From Eledone cirrhosa (lineage: Eukaryota), in contig OZ024742.1 of NCBI GenBank assembly GCA_964016885.1, forward strand, positions 188,604,001 to 188,668,000: DNA of 64,000 nt, written 5' to 3'. Each line of letters begins with the position of its first letter. Position 1 is the stretch's first letter. The position numbers and the translations under genes are program-made. The notes beneath the pieces are model-generated. The model did not search any database and had not been told where the DNA came from. It worked only from the letters and a program-made list of their open reading frames with translations. Shown here piece by piece: positions 38,985-56,790 of this stretch.

Positions 38985-40538
38985 AATTTTTTTTACATTT
39001 CAATTAAACATATAGAGTTAATTGCGTAAAATCAATATAGCAAATATTGATGGAGTGCAACTGAACATAACATAACGTTTTCATTAATATTATCACTTTT
39101 TTCATCAGAACATGTTTCTAACGAATATTAGAAAATGGAGATGTTTTCTTCTTTGTTGCGCAATTGAATTCATGATGGATGTTGCATCACCAACGTGTAT
39201 GACAAGCCTTTGCTCAACTTTCACCCCTTTAATAATACACCCCTTCCTTATGTCTGGCCCTCAATATAATGAATACGTACGCTATGACAAATATTTACTA
39301 AGAACCCACTCTCACCTTATAGGCACCAACACTACTTCAACTTCAGAAAAATTGTGCATATTCACATCTGTATTTAATGTTCTATATGATGCAACTACAA
39401 ATGTAATGGTATGTGTTTATTTCTGGTTGCCAATAATAGTCCAACCAGAGCAGTGAAACATCCGATCGTTCTGTATCTCCAAGAATTATGTGTCCTAATT
39501 TGTTCTGTATGTGGCAGACATTAATAAAAACGAAATACGGAAAATCGAAAATATGCGTACGAAATATTTAATAAAAACAAATATTTGTGCGACACAAATA
39601 TCACATAAATTTGTAAAAATTATATATAATCTTCAGAAAGATAGAGTAATTTCAAATTCAACTTGGCATATTTGAATAATACAAAACATAACTAGACATC
39701 CATGATGAATGGTGAAATTACCCGCAGCGAGATTTTAAATTCAAACATCAATGCACATATCTAAACATATTAATGGAGGAATTCAATTGACCTATCGTAT
39801 CTATTTTCTTTTAAGAACGAATAATATTCGTGCTAAAATATACTCCATCAACATACCATGTTGATGGAAATTCCACGGCTGTTGAAATCTAAAGCACAAT
39901 TATCAATCTGGCATATACTTTCTATTTTTTTATCGTTTCATTCAATCATACATCATTATCACAATATATTCTGTTCATTTAATATTTCTTTAGATAAAAT
40001 AGATTTAAGTATTAGTATTTTCTTTTTCCTTTCCATGCTTTTTTCAATTAGCTTCCCCAACAAAAAATCAGTTACTTGCTTAGCCCTAATGTATGCAGCA
40101 TATTACTCTCCATGAATAAAGGCTGGCAGTGGTCAGTAAATTCCTCCATCTCGCGTTCTGCGTCGTAACTCACATAGAATAAGTTAATCCAACTTTGTAA
40201 AGTGTACAGTATGGAGGCAAGAATTATTTGCACTGAAGCGCAGGCGTTAAATAATTGAAGATATAAGATAGGAAAAAATCGTCTTCGTTTAGTCATTTCT
40301 TTAGAGAGTGAAGACTTTCCATGGAAGATGGAGAAGTTACGGTCTTACCACTCATTTTCCTTTTATTCTTTAGCATGTTTCTAAAGTCATGTGATTTATT
40401 GTTAAACCTTGCATATACTTACTAAATTACAGACACGTTAACACTCAAGCGCATGAGGTTATCTTTCTTTTCCTTCACACTATATTACACTCACGCTTAT
40501 CAACATTCTTCTCCCCCTTCTCTCTCTGTATATATATA

Positions 40539-40656
<118 letters not shown>

Positions 40657-40760
40657 GTAAATTTGTATTCCAATGTTACTAAGTAGTTGCATTGGATGGA
40701 GTCAACCGACGTCGGAGATTGCTCACCGTATAATAAAGTGTGTTTTAAAATCCGGAGAAA

Positions 40761-41699
40761 ATATGGAGAAGAAGTTTATGAAACGGAAATGCGGGTATAA
40801 AGAATTTATTAGGTAACAATTGTTTCTATAGTGTATGGGTTACCTATACCTCGCTATTTGAATAATATAAAAATATTATCATAAACCGAAGGTACACTGC
40901 AAGTAAACACACCATGTTGTCAGACCTTTGGCAGCTCCGGAGGAACAATCAAGCATTCTCCCTTGATGCGCCTGCATATTAGCAAAATCATCGATTCTGT
41001 AAATTATGCAATATGGAGATATACTGCATTTTAACGTCGGTAAACAAACTTTTGAACAGCAAAATTGAACGTTCACTGTACTGTAACCATCGTTTGAAAA
41101 CGACCTTTTCTTTTTTTAAATGCATGTAATGTTACCTTTTTACACCACCGTTTGCAAATTTCTGTTATATATACACAAGATATGGCTTTCTATAATAATA
41201 GTACAAAACACTGTTTTCTGGACCCCTTTAGAAATAACCTGCTACTATAATAGCCCCAATATCTTGTCTGTAACTCTGTACCACTTTGACCCCTTTAACT
41301 AAATTTTGTCCAAACAACACCAATAGAAGAATTAACTCCCCCGCCAACCCTAACACGCCTCATTAAGCTAACTGCTGCCAAAACATTCTCTCCTTACAAT
41401 CTCTACTAGTCTGACAGTGTTAAATCCTAGGACTCCCTCCCCCTTACTCACTTCCCTCTTCCCCTTCTCTTCCTACCTCCTTCTTTCTCTTTTATCTAGT
41501 GTATAAAATATTTTCATATCATTCCAATACAAAGGTCTGACGACATGGTGTGTTTACTTGCAGTGTACCTTCGGTTTATGATAATATTTTTATATTATTC
41601 AAATAGCGAGGTATAGGTAACCCATACACTATAGAAACAATTGTTACCTAATAAATTCTTTATACCCGCATTTCCGTTTCATAAACTTCTTCTCCATAT
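40761..41699 (+). mobile_element. PLE 3' fragment with 170-bp inverted pseudo-LTRs
   Basis: 40761-40930 is the reverse complement of 41530-41699, nearly identical; ends in (TA)n. Confidence 0.8.
41533..41649 (+). ncRNA. Type I hammerhead with a 90-nt extended stem-loop II (mirror copy 40811-40927 has core CTGACAA)
   Basis: aggt-CTGACGA-catggtgtgt...atacactata-GAAA-caattg-TT-acct, followed by AATAAA. Confidence 0.7.
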
Positions 41700-42068
41700 A
41701 TATATATATATATAGCGTTTCTTGTTCAAACATTGTGTGACATACATACTAGCATATTAATATCGTAGATATCCTTTACTATCTTATGACGTTTTACAAA
41801 TCTATTTACTGAAAAAAATATTATAAAACTTCGATTGAAAGATTGTATATGAGAATATTTAAATACCTCTTTTAAATGATATAAATCTAAAGTAGAAATA
41901 CACAAAAAGAAACAAAATCGCTGTGCTAACGATAAATGGGGCATTTTAATATTGTCAGTTAATATACATACACACACACACATATATATATTTATTAAAA
42001 TAACACATTAAGATTTATCCTTATCGAGCCCTCTTTGGATTTTAGTCTTCAAATTTATTATTATTACT

Positions 42069-42250
42069 CGGTGGATTGGCAGTATCGGTAGAGGGTCGGA
42101 CGCCATGCTTTCCAGCATAGTTACGTCCCTTTACGGTCTGAGTTCAAATCCCGCCGAGGTTGACTTTGCCTTTCATCCTAACGGGGTCGATAAAATAATG
42201 TACCAGTAATGCACTGGTTAATTGCTGGCCTTGTGCCTAAAGTAGAAACA
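42069..42250 (+). mobile_element. SINE, same family
   Basis: Full consensus match; ATTACT on both sides. Confidence 0.9.
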
Positions 42251-42289
42251 ATTACTATATATATATATTTATATATTATATATATATAT

Positions 42290-42455
<166 letters not shown>

Positions 42456-42502
42456 GAGAAAGAGAGATTTTTGTGTGCATGTATGTATATATATATATAT
42501 AT

Positions 42503-44709
<2,207 letters not shown>

Positions 44710-45287
44710 AGTGAGTGTGTATGTGTGTGTGAGTGCAGTTTGAAAGATTAAGCAATGAATTTCTACAATTACCGGAAGCAGGATGATCTGGATCTGAGAA
44801 AATTCAATCACTAGATGCTGTAAAGTTTTGTGTTGACCGCTGTGGATGCATGCATTAACGAATGTATAGTGTATGGACATTTTACAAACACATATGAAAA
44901 CGCACGCGTACATACGTATGTGCATATACACATGCATACATATATTAGTATACATACGCACATGCATACACGCAATTTTTTCCTCGCGCTCCTTATAATG
45001 ATGTAATTCTTTTTGCATATATTTCGCTCTCCTCAAGAGCACGTCTTCAATCACTATTGTTATGCCTTGTTGTTTACTAAAGGCAATAGTTGGTCGTAAT
45101 TCTTTTGAAATATTTAATTCTCGGCTTACAGATCGATTTTTCTCAGTTTCAGTTGATCTCGCTTAGGGTGAAAGCAGAAATTCATAAATTAAATTTAATC
45201 TCAACTAATCCCAAATATTTGCTTTACGGGTTTATATCTACAAACTTTCCATCCGAATCTTCTTTATTTTTACTATATATATATATA

Positions 45288-46049
45288 CTAGCAGCAGTAC
45301 CCAGCGTTGCATGGGTAGGTAAAATAATATCTGCTTTGATGAAAAGGTGTTGATCTTAGAAACTGCGAGTTTCTTGAAAATCGGTCGTAAAGTGTAGCAA
45401 ATGGCGAAATGTTGAGTGAAATTGTATGGAATATGTGGGAGGTGGAAAAAATCGTATTTTGAATAGTTAAATGGCTGCAACGCCGTCCCTGAAGAAAAAA
45501 TGCAAAGTGTAAAGCTACTATAAGATGTGCAATGATAGGTTCTATCGTAGTATAACAGTTGAAGCAAATAAATTGATTTATGTGTGTGGTGGAGCCGAAG
45601 TTTCGAATTTGAACGAAATCGGTTGAAAAATGTAGGAGCTAGAACCGAAAAGGCGGAAATTTGAGCGAAAAGATGTTATTTTCGAATATTTAAGCGGCTG
45701 ACACGCCGTTCCTAAACAGAAAAATCCAAAATATAAAGCCATTACAGGATGTGCAATGATAAATTCTATTTTGCTTTAAAATCTGAACGAAATCGGTGAC
45801 AAAATGTGGGAGCTGGAGCCTTAAATCTTCTTTTCCGATACCTAAAAAAAGTTGACCCCCCTATCGATTTTCATCTGCAGAATGACCCGGAATAAAAAAA
45901 AAAACGATACGCTGATATATAGAAAACACTCCCCGTTGAGTAATCTATGAGCCTGTAAAGTTTCATGAACATCGGTCGTAAGATGTAGGCCCCTATAGGT
46001 AATACACAGACACACAGACACACACATGCTTAATTTTATATATATGCAG

Positions 46050-46050
<1 letters not shown>
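45288..46050 (-). mobile_element. Non-autonomous Helitron
   Basis: Minus strand has a 5' A|TC end, a subterminal hairpin TACCCA-TGCAACGC-TGGGTA and a 3' CTAG|T end. Internal AAATCGG..AAATGTAGG subrepeats; no TSD. Confidence 0.8.
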
Positions 46051-46136
<86 letters not shown>

Positions 46137-47339
46137 GGTGTGTGTGTGTGTGTGTGTGTGTGTGGATTCAGAGAGAGCGAGAGAAAGGAAGAGAGAGAGC
46201 TATTTCATATATCTATATAGAAGCAATATTTCTATTCTGTGAAAGCATTTCTATCAAGTACGTTCTACTTCTTCGTTTATCACGCAAACTCCACTTTCTA
46301 ATTACAAAGTTATCCGAACCTCTTGACTTCACCTGTTTCATCAGTGTTTGTAATATGATTGATGACTTTTCTATCATAACTCGTAACCTCAAATCAAAAT
46401 CAGCTGTATCACTTCAATCATGCAAGTGTCAGAATCGTGTCCGAATTTGTGGCATCAACTTCGTATGCTAGAAATGGTACAGGCATTGTTATGCGTCACT
46501 TGGGGATTTAGTGGAAGAGGAACTATAACTACATTTGAAGGCATCTCAGGATGATTGAAATAAGAAGAGTAAATCGATTGTTCAATATAAGAAACGTGAC
46601 CTCTTTCACAACGATAAATGGATTAAGTGATTATCCGTTAATACCCAGTCTAAGACCCAATATATAAACTTACACGGTTGAAGGTCTGTTTGTGTGCTTT
46701 TCAAGAAATGTCAGAATTGAGTAAATTTTGCGCTGCCCTTCCAAATATATAGAAATAGTAGTTAATCCTCCTCTCACACAACACACAACATCGACTTAAA
46801 ACAGAAGGACGAGGATATGTTGTACACAATCAGGCTTGATCTGGGGAGAAACAACAAAGTTTTCGTACGATGTATCTATGTATGGATACGTAACACGTGA
46901 TGGAATTGTAGGGATATATAATGTATCTTTTGAATCTTTTTAAAAACGCTGGCGGAGCTCACCTCCTCCTTCTTCTTCTTCTTCTTCTTCTTCTTCTTCT
47001 TCTTCTTCTTCTTCTTCTTCTTCTTCTTCTTCTTCTTCCCTCTATCTATGTATTTTTTCTATCTGTCTCTCTCAACCCTCTTCCTGCTATTTCAAGCGTT
47101 GACCTAATATATTATTTCCATATGCTGTACTGATTGTGTTGTTATTTCTGTTTCACCTTTACATACATACATGGTGGCTGCCAACTCGTTTTCGAGTACG
47201 GCCACTACGTTATATCCATGTAGGAGAACCCCTGCCGTTGTGCTGAACGAGAGTGACTTTTTAGTTCTGCCAGCGACTTGAAAACTCTGGTACAAACACT
47301 ACACTTGTGGCAATTATACATACATACATATATATATAT

Positions 47340-47532
47340 ATCAGAGCAAACAGCACGGACACTCTATCTCAAAATTATTTTTGAAAAGCATTTAGAAATG
47401 CGCAACCGGTAAAAACTTAAAAACTTAAAACCACAACTGAATACTAACCCATACAATCACTAATACTCTTTTATTCCTAATTAAACCATTTTTCAACTGT
47501 GAACAATTTGTCAGCATTTTCTATTCCGTTTA

Positions 47533-47536
<4 letters not shown>
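47340..47536 (+). mobile_element. PLE pseudo-LTR fragment with a hammerhead-like TTGAAAA...GCAA motif
   Basis: Homologous to 57410-57590 (-); lies between (TA)n runs. Confidence 0.65.
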
Positions 47537-47578
<42 letters not shown>

Positions 47579-48300
47579 CGTGTATATATATGGGTGGGGT
47601 GTATGTGTATGATGGATATTCTTACAATTTCCATCTATCAAATTTCATCCACAAAACATTGTTATACCCAAAGCTATAGTACTTGCCCTCGAAAGTATTA
47701 AGTTCTAATGAAGCCGAACCCACGTCGTTGCGTGGAGAAATCCTTAACTGTACAAGCATGCCTACGTCTATTTCTACATATAAAAAAATGAAGGGGTATT
47801 TTCATCTTTGGAAATGTTTATTTAATCCTACGTCTCATGCAATTATTCCCCGCCTTCTACTGTCAGCATCAAACAGCCGACCTCAACTGGAGAGATATTA
47901 TCGATTATTTAACAGGCTACTTATTTCCCTGTTCATCTCTGCAATATAAACGAAAGTAAAACTGAATCAGGTGGTATAAACTGCCCATTACATTATACTT
48001 GAGATATTTCGGTGTGTAAATGAGATATTCCAATCACACAGCTGCTAATACAGGAAATGATGGAATATGTTTGATTTGTGAATAATTTCCTAGTTGCTAT
48101 AGCTACACTAAATTCTTTGTAAATAATTCTAATACTAAAGATGTGTGTTTGGCGTGGCATGTTGATAATTCGCTATTTGCTCTTCCACAACAGGACATTT
48201 TCTTTTTCCATTTACACCAAAAAGGTTTAAGAATGAAGACAAATTATATAACCCTAAAGGGATAGAGAAAAATAATTTAGTTTGATGATAATCCCAAAGC

Positions 48301-48337
<37 letters not shown>

Positions 48338-48346
48338 TCTCTCACC

Positions 48347-48382
<36 letters not shown>

Positions 48383-48483
48383 ATCTATCTACTATCTATC
48401 TATATCTATCTCTCTTTCTCTTTCTGTATATATATATATATATATATATTTATACATGTATATATATACATATATATATATAC

Positions 48484-48557
<74 letters not shown>

Positions 48558-49455
48558 TTTGTGTGTATTTGAAATGTTGAAACATTGAAATCGATCCAAA
48601 TGTCAGATATAATACCTTGCGGTATATCATTTGTTTACGAATCTTTACGATCCTAGTATCAATTCGACCAAAGTCATCCTCGTGGGCTTGTAAAACATTA
48701 ATTAATTATGGAGTGGTAGAGGGTGCTTTTAGCTACTGTACCACCCATGCAACATTAGACATAGACAATAAATGACAGCGTATCAATAAATATAATCAAT
48801 ACGATATATAATATTCTTAAAGCATAGAGAAACACATTCACACACCTTTTACTATTTATATCTACGTATCACGTGATTATGGTGGCATATATTAATTGAA
48901 AATGTTGGAAATATATATCTTAAAGATGATACCGATGCTAATTCTGTTAGGAATATTCTACAAGTCAGCATCAGTATCAATATCTTTGTGATGCCTTACT
49001 TACATGTTCCATCTGTATGAATCCTAATCAATGTAGTATATTTAGAAGTGGGATTAAATGGAATAAGACTGTCAGTTATTTAACCACACCTTAAAGAGAT
49101 ATTTCCCTCTACGTTCTACTAGTTTTATCATTATTAACGATATAAAAGAAATCCTAGTCGATAGTACATTCTAGATTAGCAAATATTTTTATTTTATGAT
49201 ACGAATAATGATTTATAAATTCAGAGACGTTAGGTCGTTTTCTTTTTTATTTCACCGCACTCTCTACATCTGTGAATAATATATAAATGGTTTGCATAGG
49301 AGAAACCCTATAATTTATGTTGTTTCATGAGGCAGAAATGATTAAAAACAAGAATGCTATTTTAAGAATATATTTCTATGCTTAAATACATAACTGGCTA
49401 GTATTTATGTACGCCTGACATTAGGAATTAAACGCATGTGTAACTCTGGAGATAT

Positions 49456-49678
49456 CGAGAGTCGATCGACTTTCGTCAAATCGGATTGAGGAAATAATGT
49501 TTCCATTGGTCTTTCCAATTGCTAATACTATCTATCGGTCGCAACTCCAGGTAGAAGGAGCAACGTGAAATAAAGTGTCTTGCTCAAGGGCATAACGCAC
49601 CGCCCAGTCCGGTAATCGAACTCACAACCTCACGATTGCGAATCCTATACTCTAACCACTCAGCCACGCACCTTCACA
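49456..49678 (-). mobile_element. tRNA-derived CORE-SINE
   Basis: Minus strand has A box TGGCTGAGTGG, B box GAGTTCGATTACC and CORE-like CCTTGAGCAAGACACTT. 11-bp TSD TCTGGAGATAT at 49445 and 49681. Confidence 0.8.
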
Positions 49679-51348
49679 TATCTGGAGATATATATATATA
49701 AATCTACAAGGGGTAATACATGGTTAGAACTCGGGACCCTGGGACTCGATTGACAAGCGAAATGCTTGTTGTAGCAATATGACTTAAATTTGGAATTAAT
49801 TATGTGAAAGTGTATATTTTTGTGTATATAAATTGAATGGGTTACAGATGGAAATTATCTCGATATACAAGCACGTGTAGCGTATTATTATGGTTCATTG
49901 ACATTTGAATATTAACTGTAAGTCGATTGCTGTTCGATTCTATTTCGAAAATTATGCAAATATAGGAAGTGCAATGTGAGCAATGGTTTGGGAGAATTCT
50001 GATGAGAATCTCTACTCTTTCAGAAATAAAACATGATGTGAGAAAAAGGTTTAAGAACAACCAGAAATATCTTCTACAAAATTATTATCCTCTGCAATTA
50101 CAAACACTACCAAAGCTATGATGATGATCATCACTACCACCAGCACTGCTAATGATCCAACAAAGAAGCTGTATGTCATATGTCAAGCTATGTTAGCGTT
50201 TAAATTGTTTCATTGGTTATGTCGACATTTCAAATATCGTTCCATCAATTAAAGTGCGTTTCCTGATTGACACATGCTGCTAATGTAAATGTGATCGACG
50301 TCTTGAATTCAGTATCGATCTGGCTGTCGTTAATTGCTATACATTTTTTCTACTATGACTATAAGTGGAATTATATCAGATTATTGTAATGGTAATGATA
50401 GAAGTGACTAACTGTTAATCTGCATGGGAATTTCAACATAAGCGCTATTGTTAATTCTTCTAAAATTTAAACTGTTATCATTCTTATTAATACTTATTTT
50501 ACCGTCCTCTATTTATATGTAACCGACAATCCATCATGGATCTTAAGCTCCTGATTGAATTGTAAAGGTGAGGTTGCAACATATATTTGTGAATTAATTG
50601 TTATTTCGAAATCCAAGGTCGAAAAAGTACTTTTGTTTTGCTATTTCCTCAAGAAGTGAAATGCAGTGTCGACGAGGCGTTCACTGCGATAGAATCAGTT
50701 GGGAATTTAAAAAATAGACATATTCTCAAACATATGATATGGCCTAAATGTTTGCGATAAATCTTCTGTTTACCTGGATATATGTAGCATCGCAGTATTT
50801 CTTATAATAAGGAATTAACGATAACTATTAATTGTTTTAGGAGATTTGTTTATTTGGTATTGTCTACTGTCAAAAGTTTCGATACCACTGATGGCCAACA
50901 TAATGAACAATAGCGCAGTATTTAATGGAGGCAAAGAGGGCAATTGCCCTGTGTCCCCTGAAGTGGTGGGGATGGTGTAACAGCTTAGCAATGTATGTGT
51001 GCCTTCAGCCTGGTCTTTTAGATTCAGGCTGGTTAGAATTTTAGAATTTTAGAATTTATACCTATGTGTATACATGCATACATGTATACTTCCACAAATA
51101 ATTGCACAAAGCCAACCGGGTTGTGTAAAATTGGGGGTATTTCCTGTGTATTCTAATAGTTTTGTGTATGAGGAGTCCCTCAAACCTGAAGTGCCTCAGC
51201 CCAAAGTCTAAATCCAACCCTGATTACCATCCTGTACTGTTCGTATATAGTAACTATGTACCTACTAAATCTGTCTTCTTGATATTATACTTCAATATCA
51301 ATTGCATCAGATTCACTGGCCTAAGAGGGTATATAAATATCACGAATT

Positions 51349-51535
51349 AATTGTTTCTACTTTGGGCACAAGGCCAGCAATTGTTCTAGTGTATTAATCA
51401 TGCTTTATTTTATCGACCCCATAAGAGTGAAAGGCAAAGTTAACCTTGGCGGCATTTTAACTCAGACCACCAAGAGCCGTACCTCTTTGTTGCAAACCAT
51501 AGCGTCTGACCCACTTCCGATACTGCCAATCCACC
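51349..51535 (-). mobile_element. SINE, same Meta family, more diverged
   Basis: Head, core and tail are recognisable. Confidence 0.85.
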
Positions 51536-51649
51536 ATTAATAAAAACAAATTTGGCAACGAGTGAAGAATTCCGAATATGGATTACAATAAGAAGTATTA
51601 ATGAACATATGACAAACCTAATATATACACATATCTATATCTCTCTCTC

Positions 51650-51694
<45 letters not shown>

Positions 51695-51924
51695 GCACAC
51701 AAGCACACACACATATATATATATAAGTATAAACATATATATGTATTAATAACAAACTTATGGCAGACATAATGCATATATATATATCCATGTATATACA
51801 TATAAATATATATATATATATATGCACAAAGTAAAGATAGATAGCAAAGAAAACGACACCGTAGAATGAAGAAATATATTTGTTTAACGCTTCATATATA
51901 TGTTTATATATATGAAGCGTTAAA

Positions 51925-52907
<983 letters not shown>

Positions 52908-53155
52908 TGTTTTCTTTGAATGATTTTTCAGTGATTCATTATAAATATCATTGATATATATATATAGGAAAAAGTTGAACCCCGACGGCAGAGCTCAAGC
53001 CGTTTCGACGGCCATTTTAGTCCAGAAATAGCCGTCGAAACGTCTTGAGCTCTGCCGTCGGGGTCATACTTTTTCCTATTTCCCATTCTACTATCCTAAG
53101 TATTGAGTACTCTGGTGCGTTATGGTCTATCTGGTTCCTAACCACATTTCCTTTG

Positions 53156-53215
<60 letters not shown>

Positions 53216-53306
53216 GTGTGTATGTGTACGTATATAGATGTAAGTATATATATATATATATATACAATATATTAACAAATGGAAACTATATTTATAAAAC
53301 CATATT

Positions 53307-53372
53307 TATTTTATTATACATATTTCAAGGGCCACCAAGGCAAATTATGGTGCGCTTTCATCAGATAAAATA
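53307..53372 (-). ncRNA. Type I hammerhead ribozyme in a PLE pseudo-LTR fragment (53270-53450)
   Basis: Reverse complement of the 55588-55653 motif. Confidence 0.85.
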
Positions 53373-53901
53373 CAATACAGATTAGTTTTATAGATAAATA
53401 TTGACATACCCTGAAAAAAGACAACCTTAACGGTTGGAGCTTCCTGGATATATATATGTGTCCGTGTGTGTATGGGGGGGGGGTTATGTTTGTAAGTGTG
53501 TATATTAATAATAATCTCTTTCCTTTAGCTATATCTGTGGTATTTGCAAGGTGATTATATTCCTCAATTTCGCTTTCTTTAATATTAATATATATATATA
53601 TATATATATATTTGTATCCGTCATATAGCCGTGACTATTATTTTGTGTTATATATACGAATGAAAATTTGTGAATTTATTCACACCCCTGATTGAGTTCA
53701 TATGTTATTCGATGTTTCTATATTTATATAGACATAAAAACAACAGCTTTCTACTGCTGTATATTGCTTCGTTCAGTATTATTTTTTTTCTAGTCTGTGT
53801 AACAATTATATACTTGCAAGATTTTTTTTTAGTATTATAAGCATAAGTGAACGCACTTTCATTTTGTTTTCCTTTGTCTATTTATCTATCCACAAACACA
53901 C

Positions 53902-53980
<79 letters not shown>

Positions 53981-53984
<4 letters not shown>

Positions 53985-54223
53985 TGTTATGCTTTGGGAG
54001 GGTCATGTTGCCAATAAGAAACACACGCACCAGATGCTTTCACTTCAATTTATTATAATAAATTTATAAATTCCTAAATTTATAAATTTATTATAATAAA
54101 TTGAAGTGAAAGCAACTGGTGCGCGTGTTTCTTATTGGCAACATGACCCTCCCAAAGTATAACAATATCGGTTTCAACACACGCTTTCAGATAAAGAATC
54201 TTGCTAAACAAATTCAGAAACGA

Positions 54224-54226
<3 letters not shown>
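53981..54226. mobile_element. Fold-back element of uncertain class; same family at 56925-57405
   Basis: Inverted arms ATATTGTTATRCTTTGGGAGGG...CCCTCCCAAAGTATAACAATAT with a one-sided 57-bp extension; microsatellite flanks. Confidence 0.7.
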
Positions 54227-54255
<29 letters not shown>

Positions 54256-54258
54256 TAA

Positions 54259-54298
<40 letters not shown>

Positions 54299-54402
54299 GC
54301 AGAGGTTATATTTAATTTGTTGGGATTCAACAAGCTTAAAAAATGTTATAACTGATGTAAAGCACTCAACCGATTAGTGGCGTAAATACACAATATATTA
54401 AT

Positions 54403-54586
54403 TGTTTCTACTTTTGGCACAAGGCCAGCAATTACCCAGTGCATTACTGGTACTTTATTTTATCGACCCCGTAAGGATGAAAGGCAAAGTCAACCTCGGC
54501 GGGATTTGAACTCAGATCGTAAAGGGACGTAACTATGCTGGAAAGCATGGCGTCCGACCCTCTACCGATACTGCCAATCCACCGCC
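54403..54586 (-). mobile_element. SINE, same family
   Basis: 12-bp TSD CAATATATTAAT at 54391-54402 and 54587-54598. Confidence 0.9.
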
Positions 54587-55587
54587 CAATATATTAATAA
54601 ATGGAAACTATATTTATTTATTTTTTTTATATATATGTGGAGTAACCTATGGTTTATGCTTTAAATATATTCTTAAGATAAATTTTTTTTAATGTTTTAA
54701 CTTTATAGCAAATAAATTTATGACTTCGTATAAAATAACATATGGTTCATATTATAATTATATTCTTAAGATAAAAAAATTTTTAATTTCTTAACTTTAT
54801 AGCATTTAATCCTTAGAGTCATCTGGGTTCTTAAAAAATCACTTATAACTTCCTTTACGCTTCCTTACTGTTTTTATAATATAACTAAATGTGTATTCTT
54901 TTGTAAACTCTCGAAAATTTTCCATAAATTTAGAATTATTCGGATGTTTAACATTTTTGACTTACAACTTTTAATAAAAATAAACTATACTAGATTTGCT
55001 CTAATGTAAAATAATATATATTTATTTAAATAATTCATAATCCTTAACATACACATTTAAACTAATTATTAAATTATTAAATTAAATCTTTAATATTAAG
55101 GTAAATTTTAATTTTGATTTCTAATTTTTTATTTTTACTTTAATCTAATTTTTCCACATATCATTATAAATATTATAATCAAAACATAATGAATACTGCA
55201 TTATGAATATTATTCTTCCACGCTATTCTCATTTCTTCATTTCTTCTCTAACGTAATACTTACGCTGTATTTATCCTTTGAAACTATTCTCTTCACGCAC
55301 GCTATTTTCACTGTCAAAATATATATAATCGTTCTTTCTTTCCTCTTCTATCCTTCTCATCTCTTTATTCTTTTTGTCTTTTTTTTTCTCTCCCCCTCAC
55401 ATATCACCTTCTTCCAACAGTTTAATTTAAATAAACCGTTATCTTTTCAACCTTTCGGACACTCATTTGCATACTCACTCATAATTTTCTATCACCCTCA
55501 ATAAATGTAATATCTCCACTATCCAGGAAGCTCCATCCGTTGTCTTTTTTTCCGGGTATGTCAATATTTATTTATAAAACAAATCTG

Positions 55588-55653
55588 TATTTTATCTGAT
55601 GAAAGCGCACCATAATTTGCCTTGGTGGCCCTTGAAATATGTATAATAAAATA
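55588..55653 (+). ncRNA. Type I hammerhead ribozyme with a canonical core
   Basis: tattttat-CTGATGA-aagcgcacca(taatttgcct)tggtggccctt-GAAA-tatgta-TA-ataaaata; 8-bp stem I. Confidence 0.85.
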
Positions 55654-55695
55654 AATAACGTCCAGTTACTATATGTTCAGCAGAGTGGTAATAAT

Positions 55696-55882
55696 TGTTT
55701 CTACTTTTGGCACAAGGCCACCAAATACCCAGTGTATTACTGGTACTTTATTTTATCGACCCCGTAAGGATGAAAGCCAAAGTTAACCTCGGCGGGATTT
55801 GAACTCAGAATGGCAAGGGCCGTAACTCAATGCGTCAAAGCATGGCGTCCGACCCTCTACCGATACTGCCAATCCACTCCCC
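55696..55882 (-). mobile_element. SINE, same family
   Basis: 16-bp TSD GCAGAGTGGTAATAAT at 55680-55695 and 55885-55900. Confidence 0.9.
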
Positions 55883-56222
55883 TTGCAGAGTGGTAATAAT
55901 AATAGTTTCATTCTGTCAGTACCACAACAAAGTTCCGACGACCTTTTGATTCCAGAGTCCGTGGCGTGGGGAGGGGAGACCGGTGTTGTTGGGTCACTAC
56001 TGATCTACCGCGAACAGCATTGCCTAGTCTTTTGCAGACTTGTATTTTTGAGGGGATCTTTCTGGGTGCAAATTCAATTTTCATTCGCGATCGAAGGTTT
56101 TTTGTTTACCCTTTCTATCTATCTATCTATCTCTATATATAGAGAGAAATAAATAGATAGATACATACATACATAGATGCTGATGTATATGTATGTATAT
56201 ATATATATATGTATGTATATAT

Positions 56223-56280
<58 letters not shown>

Positions 56281-56282
<2 letters not shown>

Positions 56283-56790
56283 CAGACATAATTTCATTTA
56301 TAGCCAGTCAAATTACATTTATAAAAAGAAACCTTCGTCAGCCACCTTTTTTCTAAGTAAAAAGAAATTCAAACACAAACTGGCGCGAAAGCTGGTGTGC
56401 TTATTCACGTGACTGCTTCAACCAACCAAACTTCACTCATATATAAAAGTAACAACCTGAGCCCCAAACCCTTTTTTTTAAAGTCAAATATAATAAGAAC
56501 TTTGTAACACGAACTGGCGCGAAATGTATTATACTTATTCACGTGACAGTCTTCAACTATCCAAATTACTTCTCTAAAAACCTAGCATTTCGAGCCACTT
56601 TTTTCCATATAAAACAGAAGTAACATTCAAAGATCAACAAGATGTGAGAAAACCACAAACCCTCCATCTCAATTTTACTTACAAAAAGAAAAAAATACTT
56701 GAGTTGCATTTTTGATTTCATCTTATTTACTCATACTTTCACTCGTGTAGGGCATCTCGTCTTTTTTTCTTTTTGTGAAAAAACCCTCAC

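Noticed and set aside
39110-40330. Possible Tc1/mariner-like transposase relic (minus strand QRLVIHVG)
   Set aside because: The motif is too short, the frame has many stops and no TIRs were identified.
44778-44798. 21-nt minus-strand micro-exon candidate, and a possible terminal exon near 38245-38332
   Set aside because: Splice-like signals this short arise by chance and there is no independent support.
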